Origin: Hydrolagus colliei
Taxonomy: Eukaryota
DNA length: 64,000 nt
Direction of reading: 5' to 3'
Assembly (NCBI GenBank): GCA_035084275.1
Contig: CM068769.1
Span: forward strand, 2,170,001 to 2,234,000
Every line of letters begins with the position of its first letter. Positions within the stretch are counted from its first letter, which is position 1. A model generated the notes under the pieces. The model was given only the letters and a program-made list of their open reading frames with translations, made no database searches and was not told the DNA's origin. Shown here one piece after another: positions 34,641 to 46,568 of this stretch. Position numbers and translations under genes: made by a program.

Positions 34641-36349
34641 TTAGACTTCTTGTGCCTGTTTCGGTGCCCTAAATGAGTTGTTAATTATTTCTCACGATTT
34701 CATCAGGTTTCATCAGAATCCACAACTGACGTGGTCAAGTAGCAAATGTTTCTCTTTACTTTGGATTATACTATAATCAATACTTTATATTTTTCTGGTG
34801 GTGGAACGTTCGGGAGTGGGGGCACAGTGTCAATAATGTGGAGGGAGGGCTGTATGCTGATGGGCGAGGGAGCGGCATGAAGATGGTGTACACGCAGGAC
34901 ATTGTTGGCATTGTCCCTTTGACTCACACGTTCTCACTCCGAAAAACTTTTGCCATGCTGGTTTAGCCACAATGCAATCCGCCAATGTTGGACCTTGATT
35001 GTAGTTCGTGCACTTTCCACGTTAAATTTACTGACACAAGTTCTATGCAGCGAAATTTATTTACAATAATTGCACGATCATATTGCACATAATAATTGCA
35101 CACAACAAACAATACATTACATTAAATAATTGCACATAATACATTACATCAAATCAGCTTAATGCTTATGGCAGGTTAGTAAAATTTATGCCAATGAGTT
35201 TGAGCGTATTAGCATGTTGGCTTAACTGCAGGAATCGCTAGGGCATGGTTTCCATCAACCGATTGTCATTTAACAACACAGCCCAATACATCAAATGCTA
35301 ACAGAGCAACCACTGTGCTAAACACATCATAGTTCTGATCAATGTAAGTCTGAGACAAGCGCATGGTCATTTATCCAGAACCCTTCATCTAAAGGTGTAC
35401 CAATTACAATGTAACAAACATCATGCTTAAATGTGGAAATCGGATTATTCTGAAAAACCTCATACAGATCATTCGTATGCAAATTCGGTTGTGATAAGCA
35501 ACATTCGAGTTGTCAACAAAACAATTTCTAATCAAGATTGTCACTCAAAAGGGCAGTTAACTAACATAAGCGTTTCTGACTGAACTAACAGTACATTTTA
35601 AGCGAGGGGTGTCCAATCTTCTGGCTGCTTCCAGTCGGTTTCCGTATTTGGGAAATCTCACATAAGGCAAAGTATTTGTGTTCCTCTTCCAGAATTTGTT
35701 TTGTTACACAACCCATTTTCACACTGGAAGGATTAGTTAAAGTGGTCGTTACTGCCCGCTGGGCAAAAAGTCTGGGAGTACGAGCTATAGGGTGTGGGGT
35801 GGGGAGGGATTAAGCTGACTGAAAGCGGAGTCAAGCAGTTATACCTGATGAATGGTCATGGATGTAAGACATTTGCGAATCAACGGTTTTGCACATTTGT
35901 AGGTCAGGTTGGATGGAGGGTGGGTGGTTGGGGGGAAGAGTAGAATCTATCGTTGCATAAAACAAGAGATTTTGTAGATTCAGGAGACCGGAATCACACC
36001 CAATGTACCTCAATGCTTCTCCCTCATTCTGCATCTCTCCTGCACGATATTACTCAGAATCTTTCTCCCTCTTTCTCTCTTTCTCTCGCACATTCTACAT
36101 AGTCCAACAGAGTGTCTCCCTCTCACTTATTTTTCTCTCACTCAGTTTCTGGCTCTCACACAGAGTCTCCATCTCTCAGGCTCACTTTCACCTTGCATCA
36201 CTCAGTCTCCCTCATTCTCAGATCATCTTTGTCAGTGAACAAAATGATGGAATCTCATAACTGTGGTCAGACAGAATCTGGTATTGATGGCATATATAGA
36301 TTGTATGATAGAGAGTAGAGTAAGAACACTGTGTCCAATGGGCTCACAG

Positions 36350-36457
36350 CTACACCCTGACTGCGGCGTACACAGTACCATCGTCAGGAACGGCTTTGCG
36401 GCGATTCTCAATCCGGTTTCCTAACGTCAGACTGGCGTAGGTCACTTCAGCGTCCTG
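36350..36457 (-). CDS. Receptor last coding exon with ITIM and ITSM
   Basis: QDAEVTYASLTLGNRIENRRKAVPDDGTVYAAVRV*; VTYASL at 36445-36428 and TVYAAV at 36376-36359. Confidence 0.88.
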   Translation of the reverse strand, partial: QDAEVTYASLTLGNRIENRRKAVPDDGTVYAAVRV

Positions 36458-39400
36458 CTAAAAGGAATTCAGGCAGCATATTTGCTTAGGGTCAGTGGGA
36501 AATCCCAAACCGACCATCACCCCTGTTGGTAAGCCACACCACTGCGCGAGTCCATGTATTTGAGAGTTTGTGTGTGATCATGTGTGATTGTGTTCATTTG
36601 GGACTGCAGCGTCCACCCTTTGACACTCCAAGGCTCGGTCGCCTTGTTTTGCGTCCTGCAAGGACCCTCCGTACGACTATTCCATTGGTCACGCTCCCTG
36701 AACTCCACAGCGCGGATCACACACTGACACACGCAGGATGTTGAGCTCGAGCGAACTGCTGACAGTGCACTACAGTGTTCGCCATATGCTGTTGGAACTG
36801 AGGAATCCAACGCAGCAGCCAAATTATGCACAGCAACTTCACACAAACATATTCCGTTTCTCCGCAAAGTCTCTTCTGGCTTAGGCAATATTGCTGCTGG
36901 CTGAGGTTGACTGAGCCATGGTCTGAGCTGTGCTTTGCCAGCCTGACACAAGGCACGTGCTTGGCTCACACCACACTTAATTGTTGGTGACATAGGACTT
37001 GAATTATGCTGAGCGAAGAGCCCAATGAGGCTTACAGTAAGACTAAGATGAGCTACATCTAGGTGCCAAAGGGCCTGAGGTGTGCACAAACGAAATGACG
37101 AGTCAGCCTGAACCAGCCAAAAGCATTGATTCAGTCTCCACTCACCAATGGAGGCACCAAGCGTGGAACGATTCTCACTGAAGCATCTGAAACAAAAACA
37201 AACAATGTATAGTACTAGCATATTACATTTAAACTCAACGTTATTCAATATCATTGTTAATCTTATTAATAAGAACTCTCTGTAATTAGCGATGAAAAGG
37301 GAGTGATAATCATTTGACAAATAGTAGTATACTTGCAATTTTGGCACTGAATTTAACTGACTTGTCATTTCGTCGAGACATCCCAAAGAGTTTCAGAAGG
37401 TACGCTGTTTAGTGGGGTTATTGCGCATATTGTGAGACACTCGCATCATATAGTTTGGGCACAACAGTGAGCCACAGAATGGCAATGTGAATGACATATT
37501 TTATTCATTTGTTGGACACCTATAAAAATGCCATTGCCTTCGTGAACAGCGACTCCTGATGTCTAACGTGAAACTAAAGAGCCAGACGGAAACTCGTTTT
37601 CACATCTCACCTGAAGGGCAGAAAACTTGAAGTGGGTAAAATTCAGTCAGACGGTCAGATACACATTGATACACATGGTCAAATACACAGTCAAATACAT
37701 GGACAGACACACAGTCAGACATGCAAACAGACAAACACACATGTAGACACACATTCAAACACTCACACACATATACAAACTGATAGCCGTAGATCAACAT
37801 GGAGTGACAGCACCAGAGCGAGGTTAATAGAACAATGGCCTCTAGCCTGACAGCAGATCACGAACAATCGATCGCATTCTGTGGGACTAATTTACATGGC
37901 TGATTAGGCGCCTGTGTGTGACCAGCTTTTTTCCCTCTTGGATCAAATCCAGGAAACTTCTCACTCACATGTGATATTGCTGGATTGTGGGCCGCCTCTC
38001 TCGGGTACTGGCCTGGGAGAAATAAGAACATAGAGCGATGAATAATGTGTCACGACACAGCAAAATAATGTGTCACGACACAGCCCTGACCTGACTTCGA
38101 GACAGTAAATAAAATATACAGGTGTCTGTTTTTCTGTGTCATAGAGCCCCGTGGTATGGCGTTGTGTTTGTAGTTGAGTGGCGCGGTGAGAAGCTGACCA
38201 GTACAAATTGTTTCCCTAGACTTGGATGACTTTAATTTATGATTATCTATCGTGGGGATAGAGGGTAAAATGAGAACAGGAGTAGATCATTCTTGTTTTA
38301 TAGTGTGTTCACCTAATTTGATAATTAGATCAACAAATGCGTGCGCGGTGGTGGGTGGTGTGGAGGGACGGTAGGTAGGGAGCGTGTTGCCGTTTGCGAG
38401 AAGCTGTGTGGGGTGTCCCAGTTAGATGTGTGCCTTGTGTGGAAACATATCACCGTGGTGACATGTTAGAGTCACACTATCTAGAATTGCAAATTCCTGT
38501 GTTTGTAATGATTGTACAGTATCTTTGCCACCCTATGCTCCACTAGAATAAGGCACGGTGTGAGAAGGGGCAGTGTGTGGTGTCTCCAAATTGTGCATAG
38601 TCGCAACTGCTTGGGTCTCACCAGCCGAAACCTTATAGCGTTAAGGCAGGAACTCTGTCTGGTAAGATTTGTTCCGATTATCGGTTTCAAAAATTCCATC
38701 GTTGAGGCTTTGTCTTGCAGAAATAACTGAAGCTAAGGGAACTGAATCCCTCTGCCAGTATCTACGATGTCATCCCACTCGTGGTGAGTAGTGACAGAGC
38801 GCAAACCATCACGATGAGGTGAGGGTTGAGTGTCGTAAATGGGATAAGAGTTTAGAGTTACAGTGAAGGGGCGAGCAACAACGAATATAAGATAGGTGGA
38901 GAGCAGAGATTAGAGTAGAAGTATTCTTACCTTTCTCCACTTGGACTGTTCTGTTTAGCTGCAAAAACAAAATGTAATAAATATCAAACATTGGTCAGTA
39001 TTTATTGTATATTATTGTGGTTTTATTAATAGCTATGCTCCATTTCAGCCTGCGTCAATGCCGGAAGTGGTGATTATGTATCTTGGGCATGAAATACTTC
39101 AGGTAGTTAGCGAACTAAAATGTCCCAGAAATTACCATGATCAAACAAATAGGTGGGATTGTTAGCCAGGACCACTGGGAGAGAGAAATTCCCGTCTCTT
39201 TTTGAATCGATCCACAAGATGTTTAACATCAACAGGAAACTTTAGACGGGGCCTCGGTTTATAAGTCTCACCAATGCTATCGACAGAAGAATGGAACATT
39301 CAAGCAATACTGTCATACCACAGCAGCTTCAAAACATTGACTATCACAAAAATTGCTGTCACATCAAGCCTACAACATATAAACCTCGAAAGTGTCATGC

Positions 39401-42400
39401 ACGCTAAGCACAGTATAATACTGACCATTGTCTGTTATGGTACTGTAAGCACAGGCATACTTGTTTGATGCTGCCTATTGTCTCCCGGTAATAAATATTA
39501 AAAATCAACTACTGGCTTTAACTCGGGAGACGGGTTCCTGTGTAAACCACAATATCGAGAACAACGCCATCTGCTACCCTGATTTGCTCTGAGAGGAGAG
39601 CCTGCAAGTGGAGTTTTCTATATAACTGAAAGCTGTTGTTATATTGGAGTATCTCTGTTCTCAGGCTCCCAATAGCACAAACTGAAACACCAGAGCAACC
39701 ATACAAAGCGATTAATGGCACCGCTGGCTCCAACGTGATTCCGAGCAATTCTATTCTACACTCAGAGACATTAGTAGACAATTACCTCTACTATACAGAC
39801 AGATGGTCAGGAAAATTACAGCGATCAGTATCACAGTGACAATTCCCGCAGCAAGTCCTGCAATGTGTATCCATATCCACTGTCCATGAGATGAAAAGAG
39901 ACAAACAGCAATTGTAAGAGATAACAAAGACGGAAATTCATCATTTTGCTATGGTTCAATATCAGCTGTTGTACAACAGCTCGATCTGGGGTCAGCAAAC
40001 CTTGTCTCACAAAGCACAATTACATAGTATATTGGTGAGTATTAGGTCGTAAATTCAACCCCTCCTTCTGCGGAAAGCAGAGATAATTAATACCCGGACA
40101 TACCGTGTGGCTATCGGTCGTGAGTTTCGATTTGGAAACTGTTTCATCATGCGATGTTTTTCAGTCCTTAGGGTTACGGTTAGGATTGGGGGTTAGAGCT
40201 TTGGATAAAACAGGGCAAACACCATGCCATTACATAAAAATACCAGGAGCTCTCATAAAGTTCCAAAACAGAAACAAATATTTGTTTGAAATTTTATTCA
40301 GTACTTACCTGGTTCAGTGATTCGCACTCGCTCACTCTCCGGTGATGTGAATTCTCGTCCGACTATGTTTGTGGAATATTGACACGAGTAATTTCCTGTG
40401 CTGGTCGCCAATTGGTTGAATGTAGCCGTGTTGTTATTCTCTGGAGCCAGCTGTGATGTGACAAACTCGCCGTTTCTGTATAAAGAGAAATTGCTGCCAG
40501 GATAATTCCCAGCACACGAGATCTCAGTGTGTTCTCCGCTCATTAGCATCTGGGAATCTGTCTTCATGGAAATGTTTGGCTTCTGAAGTGGATCTGGAAT
40601 TAAAACGCAGTCATGATAATCTCACAAACGGTCTGTGTGATCGGTTGTGTGAGAGTGAACATCGGTAGCGACTATGAGCCCAGCACCATTCTTTGAAACT
40701 GTTTATGTTTGAGATTTAGGTAGCGGCAGACATGTGCACTTTTCTGAATACCAGGAACCAGCAGCTTTTCACAGTGTTCTCCTTCAGATTCGGTGTCTGC
40801 CTGGATCAACGTCACGTACTCTCCTCTCTGCTTCAGAGAGTTCTGGGTTCAAAATGCATGTCAGAGTCTTTCAGCCACCAATAAAGACTCACCCTGCAGT
40901 ACCGTGCTGGGGGAGAGGAGGATAATGGATTTTGGGGTGGAGATTTTAAAGGAAATTCGATCCACATCCTGTTCAGGCAGATACTAAACACCCCGCAGTT
41001 CTCTTTGACACAGAAAAGTATTTCGATGAGCTGTCGTGGTCAACAATGCTTCACTCAAAATGGGACATTTGGACTGTTAGGTCAAAGCGAATGATTTCAC
41101 GGCCCTTTTTATCAGCTTTATATCTCTCCACATTATCAACTCCACTCGTCGTTTGTGACCTCCAGTAACCCCGCATCTCCGAACCTACTCCCCAACCCCT
41201 CCATCCGGACAACCGTCTTCACTCAGACCTGCTTCACCTCGCGCCATCGTCACTGCAGCACTAAAGCTCCTTCCCTTCCGACCCCATTATAGCCAATCCG
41301 GCAAGTAGCCACATAGCCACTTTAGATGTCCAAAAGGGAGACACACTGAGTACTTACATTTCTCCACTCTTTCAAGGCCTGACTGAGCATCTACTTTTTC
41401 GCCACACTTTAGAAATAGTTTGACTGTCTACTACACCAATTCAACCCTGCTCCCCAGCCTCACCCAAATTCCAGCCGCAATACCCAGCTCCGGATCAAGG
41501 CCCGGACTGTTTCACACTTTGGGATATCCGTGAGGTGAAAGGAACAGTTGATATTTGATAGTAATTTACTGCGTCACCGCTGGTAGTGCGTTGCCTAGAA
41601 TCATATGTGCAATTTGTTGTTATTGTGTCAAATTTATTTCATGGTTGCCAAGAAATAATAGTCCCCGATATTGAAGCGTTTTCCTTACATACAATATGAT
41701 CGTTATTAGGATTACTAATGTTATGCGAAAATTTCTTTCAAATCATTATTCGCTGATGGAAGAAAATGATCCATTTAGCATCATTAGCACCAATAGTTAT
41801 TTGGTCTGATTACTGGGTGGGTGGTACGTTGGCACTGATTGTTTGCAGCACACTTCTCTAATTGTCTAGCAGTAATTAACAACATGTTAGTTATTTGAAC
41901 GGTACATTCTATTGATGGGGGTAAACATTCCCTCCAAAATAGTAGCAGTGTGGTCACCAGCTCCATCCCTGTTGATTGCGTCGAGCAACTAGCTACCGCA
42001 CCCCACTCAAAAATATACATTCATTCCACTTTGTGATTTGAAATAATTTCAGTCGTCACATCAAAGAGGTATGAAACGCAATAATTATCCTAACACCACC
42101 ACCAACAACAACAATGTGAACACGTGTGTAGCGCCTTTCACGTCAGGTTCAAGCTGATCAAAACACAAGCGGGTTAATGATTGAAGTTTTAAAGGTTGGA
42201 AAGCGTCCAGGCTCACGCTCTTACCCAACAGAGAGACTTCCAGTCGATTGCTCTCTGGCGATGTGAAGTCTCGGTTCTCTGAGTGTGTCGTATATTTACA
42301 ACAGTAACTCCCTGTACTGATCTCTGATGTGAAGAACGTGGCCGTGCTGTTACTCTCTGGAGCTAGCTGTGATTAATAAATTGATCGTCTCTGTAGAAAG

Positions 42401-45400
42401 AAAAATTGCTGCCAAGGTGATTCCCAGAACACGAGATCTCAGCTCTTTCTCCTCTCACAAACACCCGGAAATCTGGCTTCAGGTTTATAGTGGGTTTCTG
42501 GAGTGAACCTGGAATTAAAGCAACAAAAATAATCTCATCAATACTCGCTCTGATCTGTGCTGTGATAATGACAAACATGATCGCCAAAGACCGTCTGCGT
42601 AAAGTTTACTATTAGGTAGAATTGTGGACTGTTTTGAAACCTCGTTCAGTGTGAGCTGTGGTCAGGATGTGCTTGGGGTGAGAGTGAGCTGAGGGGACAG
42701 TGTGATTTGCCGACATGTGTGAGCTGGAAGCCGTTGTAAGCAGGTGTAAAGTTTGAGCTGGGGGCCTGAAGAGATTCCCTGCTGGGGATCATTGTTTACT
42801 GAGGATAATTGACTATTCGTGGTTGGGATCACCTCCCCACAATGCTCTGGCTCAGAGTCAGACACTGCCGTTGTTAAGCGCTTTTAGATGCTACACGGCA
42901 TGGAGGGCGCTATGTAATTCTAAGTTGTCGCTGTTGTTCATCTTCCCAAGCGTTGTACTGAGCCTCTCCCGCAGCGTCCAGCCGCTCTCTCGCACACAGT
43001 GCCCCACCTCAGCTCATCCCTTTCCAACTGCATAGAAGCGGGTCCAATTGTCTACTCTCTTCCCAACTTACTCATCGCCTCTCTGTAGCCCATCACTCCC
43101 TCGGTCCTCAACTATATGTAATCTGCCACCCACGAGTGCTAAGCCCCTCCCCCACCTTTCTCAGCACCTCCTGCTGTGGTCAGCGTTGGCATGGTGGTCT
43201 ACCTCACCACTGTATACGTACTAAGCCTTGCTAACCCACCCTAGTGTGCTAAGCTACTTTCTGCGTCCTCATCAGCTTCTGATCATCCCAACCTGTGTGC
43301 TCAGTTCTCCCTCTGTGCTCAGTCCACCTGCTCTGTGCCCCTTTCTTAGCGATCAGCCTTCGCACTAATCCCAACCCCTTCCTCTGTGATCACCCTCCGC
43401 GTTATCTATATGGTCAATCTGTGTACAACAATAACAACAACTTCGAATTGTATAGCGCCATCCACGCCGGACGGCGTCTCAGAGCGCTTCAGTATAGCGC
43501 ATCCCGGGACCGAGCCAGGGGCAGGGTCAGAAAGGTGACCAAAAGCGCGCTGGAAGAGAAAGGACTTCAGCTGTGACCAGAAGCTGGGAAGAGAGAGGGC
43601 GAGGCAAAGGGAGTGAGGAAGGGAGTTACAGAGCCTCGGGGTGTAGTGACTGAAGGCATGGTCGCCGAAGGTGAGGCGAGGATTCAGGGAACATGGAGGA
43701 GGTCAGATACAGAGGATCGAAGGCAGCTGGGGCGGGTTGGGTTAAGAGGAGATCAGAGAGTCAGGAGTTTGGAGGGATTTGGAAACAAGAGTGAGGATCT
43801 TGAAGTCCTCTCTGGGATAGGGAGCTAGTGAATTCTGGCAAGGACTGGGGTAATGGGGGAGCTAAGCTTGAAGCTTAGAGTGTGCTCACCCGCCTTTGTG
43901 TTCCCGTCTGTGCGCTCAACCACTAGCAGTCATAAAACTCTTTATTCACCATGGCTGATGTGCTCAGTGTCCTTTGTGCGCCCTAGCCGTTACACACCAC
44001 CGCTACTACACCCCACCCCGAGTGAACGAGTAGATGATCAGACACAGAGTTACTTACCTGAGCAGATGACGGCGGCATCATTGTCGTGTGACGCGACATA
44101 TTGACTCCAGGGATCTGAGGGACATTCCCTCAGAGCAGATTCATTCCCACTGCACTGAATATCAAACGTGGTGACGAGACCTAATCCTTTCCCAAAGTGA
44201 GCGGATCCTGGTGTTGACATTGCCTCTCCGCAGCCCAGCTCCTTACACACCACAGCCGCGTCCTTTGTATCCCAGTCAGAGTCAAACACTGTCCCCCACT
44301 GTGCATCGTGGTGAACCTCTACTCTCCCAGCACACCTGCTGTCTCCATTCGCCAGTCTGATTCTCCCTGTAGCATACCACACGCGGTGTTAATATTCTGT
44401 ATCTTCTTTGACTTCCAGTAAACCAGGATGCACTAAACTGTACCTGTGCCTGATTCATTGGGAGGGTGTCTGCGGCATAAACTGTACTACAACGATAATA
44501 ATGACTATAATGGTAGCAGTGATTGATGGCAATATACAGTCCATTTTGTGCGTGTGCCAACGACAGACGCAGTTTATTCCAAGGCGAGCTGCACACGTCT
44601 CAGTTACGTTTGCACCCAACTAATACGCTATGGAATAAAGATTTCAGTATCATTATACTTTATATTATAAAATTTTGTATTGCAATACATTGAAATATAT
44701 TATGATACTTTACGTTTCTTCATATTTTATATTTGATTATCAAGCTTCGTAATTGATTGGAATATTTTATATTAATGTATTTCATATATTATAATAAATT
44801 ATAATTCCTTATTAAATTTATATTATGTTAGATTATTTTACTTTCTATTATTATGCTTTATATTACATGTAAGGGAAAAACAAACGTAAAATTGGTCACG
44901 TCAATCTATGACTGTTTGTGTCAGACAGACTGAAGTGCGCCATTAGCTTCAACTCTTTCCCCGAAAATAATGCAGGCAGTAAACTTTGCAGCATACTGTG
45001 TGGACTTCTTCAAAATATATAGAAGACACGGAAGCACTAAATCAAATTAATGGATTAATATTTTATTACGTTTTAAGAAATTGTACTATATATGACATGT
45101 TTATAATTCATTGTAAATTTTATACTGTTTATTAAACTATTATGTTTTATATTCGATTATTAGTACGATAGGATATCCCACACGAATATACACCTATACT
45201 TTTTAAATTTGCTGCACAACATATTAATAAGATGTATCGCTCTAGAACGGTATGTGATATATAAAAAAAATTAGGTTACAGAATAGAATATTTTGCAGCT
45301 TAATATTATCACCTAATATAAAGCTGATGAAACATATGAGATCCTGGAAGCCATATGTGTCCTTAGCATGTGTCCTAGAAATACTTTTCCGTTATCGTTT

Positions 45401-46530
45401 ATTTTATACATTCAAGTCAGATATTTGGTTATTGGCAAATACACAGATTCACACAGATTCATTTTAGTAGCGTAATTAACAGCTCTAGTATGTTTCATGG
45501 CAAGTTACATAGTAGTATGTCAGACCGTTCGCACTGAGTTGAGAAACAAATTCTAAACTCAGAGGGCAGTGAATGTATGGAATTCTATACCACAAAGGGT
45601 TGTTGATGCTCAGTCCTTGAACACACTCAAGACTGATATAGATAGATATCTAATTGATAAATGGATTAAGGGGTGGAGATCAGATGGAGATCGACTGGAA
45701 TATCAGCCATGATTGAATGGTGTGGGAGTTTAGAAGTGCGTATGTGCGTATGTTCTTATATATAATCACAGTGAGATAGATATTGAACAGTGCAAATTGA
45801 TACAGGTCATAGCCTCATAGCTCAGCGAATTGAGAGCTAATCTTGCCTGGGGGCAGCTCTGTGTAACCCAGTCAAAATCGTACATGCTCTACCAACCTCC
45901 CATTTTCAACCCATGAAACAACTTCTTTAAACCTAGACATACAGCAGCCACAGCTAGAAGAATAAAATCAAATTGCATTTCTGGAGTCACTGTGAAGCAG
46001 GCAGCCGAAGATGCCTATATGGCGGGAAAGAGATAGAGTATTCCAGAGTTTTGAAATGTAGAATCTGATAGCTCAGCCATCGATGGGAGAATAAAGAGGT
46101 ACGAGCGACAAGCTAGTAAACTTTAATAGCGTGGCATGTACATTGTGTGACGGTTTGTTTCCCCACTCTCTGGATGTAGGTAAAGAAACGCCAAGACTCA
46201 CCCGTAGGAGCTAATATTCCAATAGCAGGTTCTGGCTGTGAGGTCATGTCATGACCCGCAGATTCCAACACTATTCTTTCCAGAAATATCCCTGCACAAG
46301 TACAAAAAACACACATACAAAATCTAGAATAATTAATACAGTAATTCAAACAATCGGGGATATGATCTGCCATATTCGCTCGCATCAGTCTCGGAGATGA
46401 TGCGTTTGGTGAAAGCTCAGAATCAGAAAGTCGTCTATCATTTTCTCACTCCTCTAATCTCTCCTCCCTCCTTTCTAGTATCTCTTCTCTTATCTCTATT
46501 CTCTCCCTCTCTCCGCTCTTCCTTCCCTAT

Positions 46531-46568
<38 letters not shown>

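Noticed and set aside
36517-37386. 289-aa minus-strand ORF
   Set aside because: Intronic to the receptor gene, no recognisable domain, and it crosses the 41-nt exon in a frame that does not fit the neighbouring exon phases.
37520-37625. Strong acceptor-like site at ~37611 inside the receptor
   Set aside because: All three frames hit a stop with no usable donor, and the tail exons chain in phase without it.
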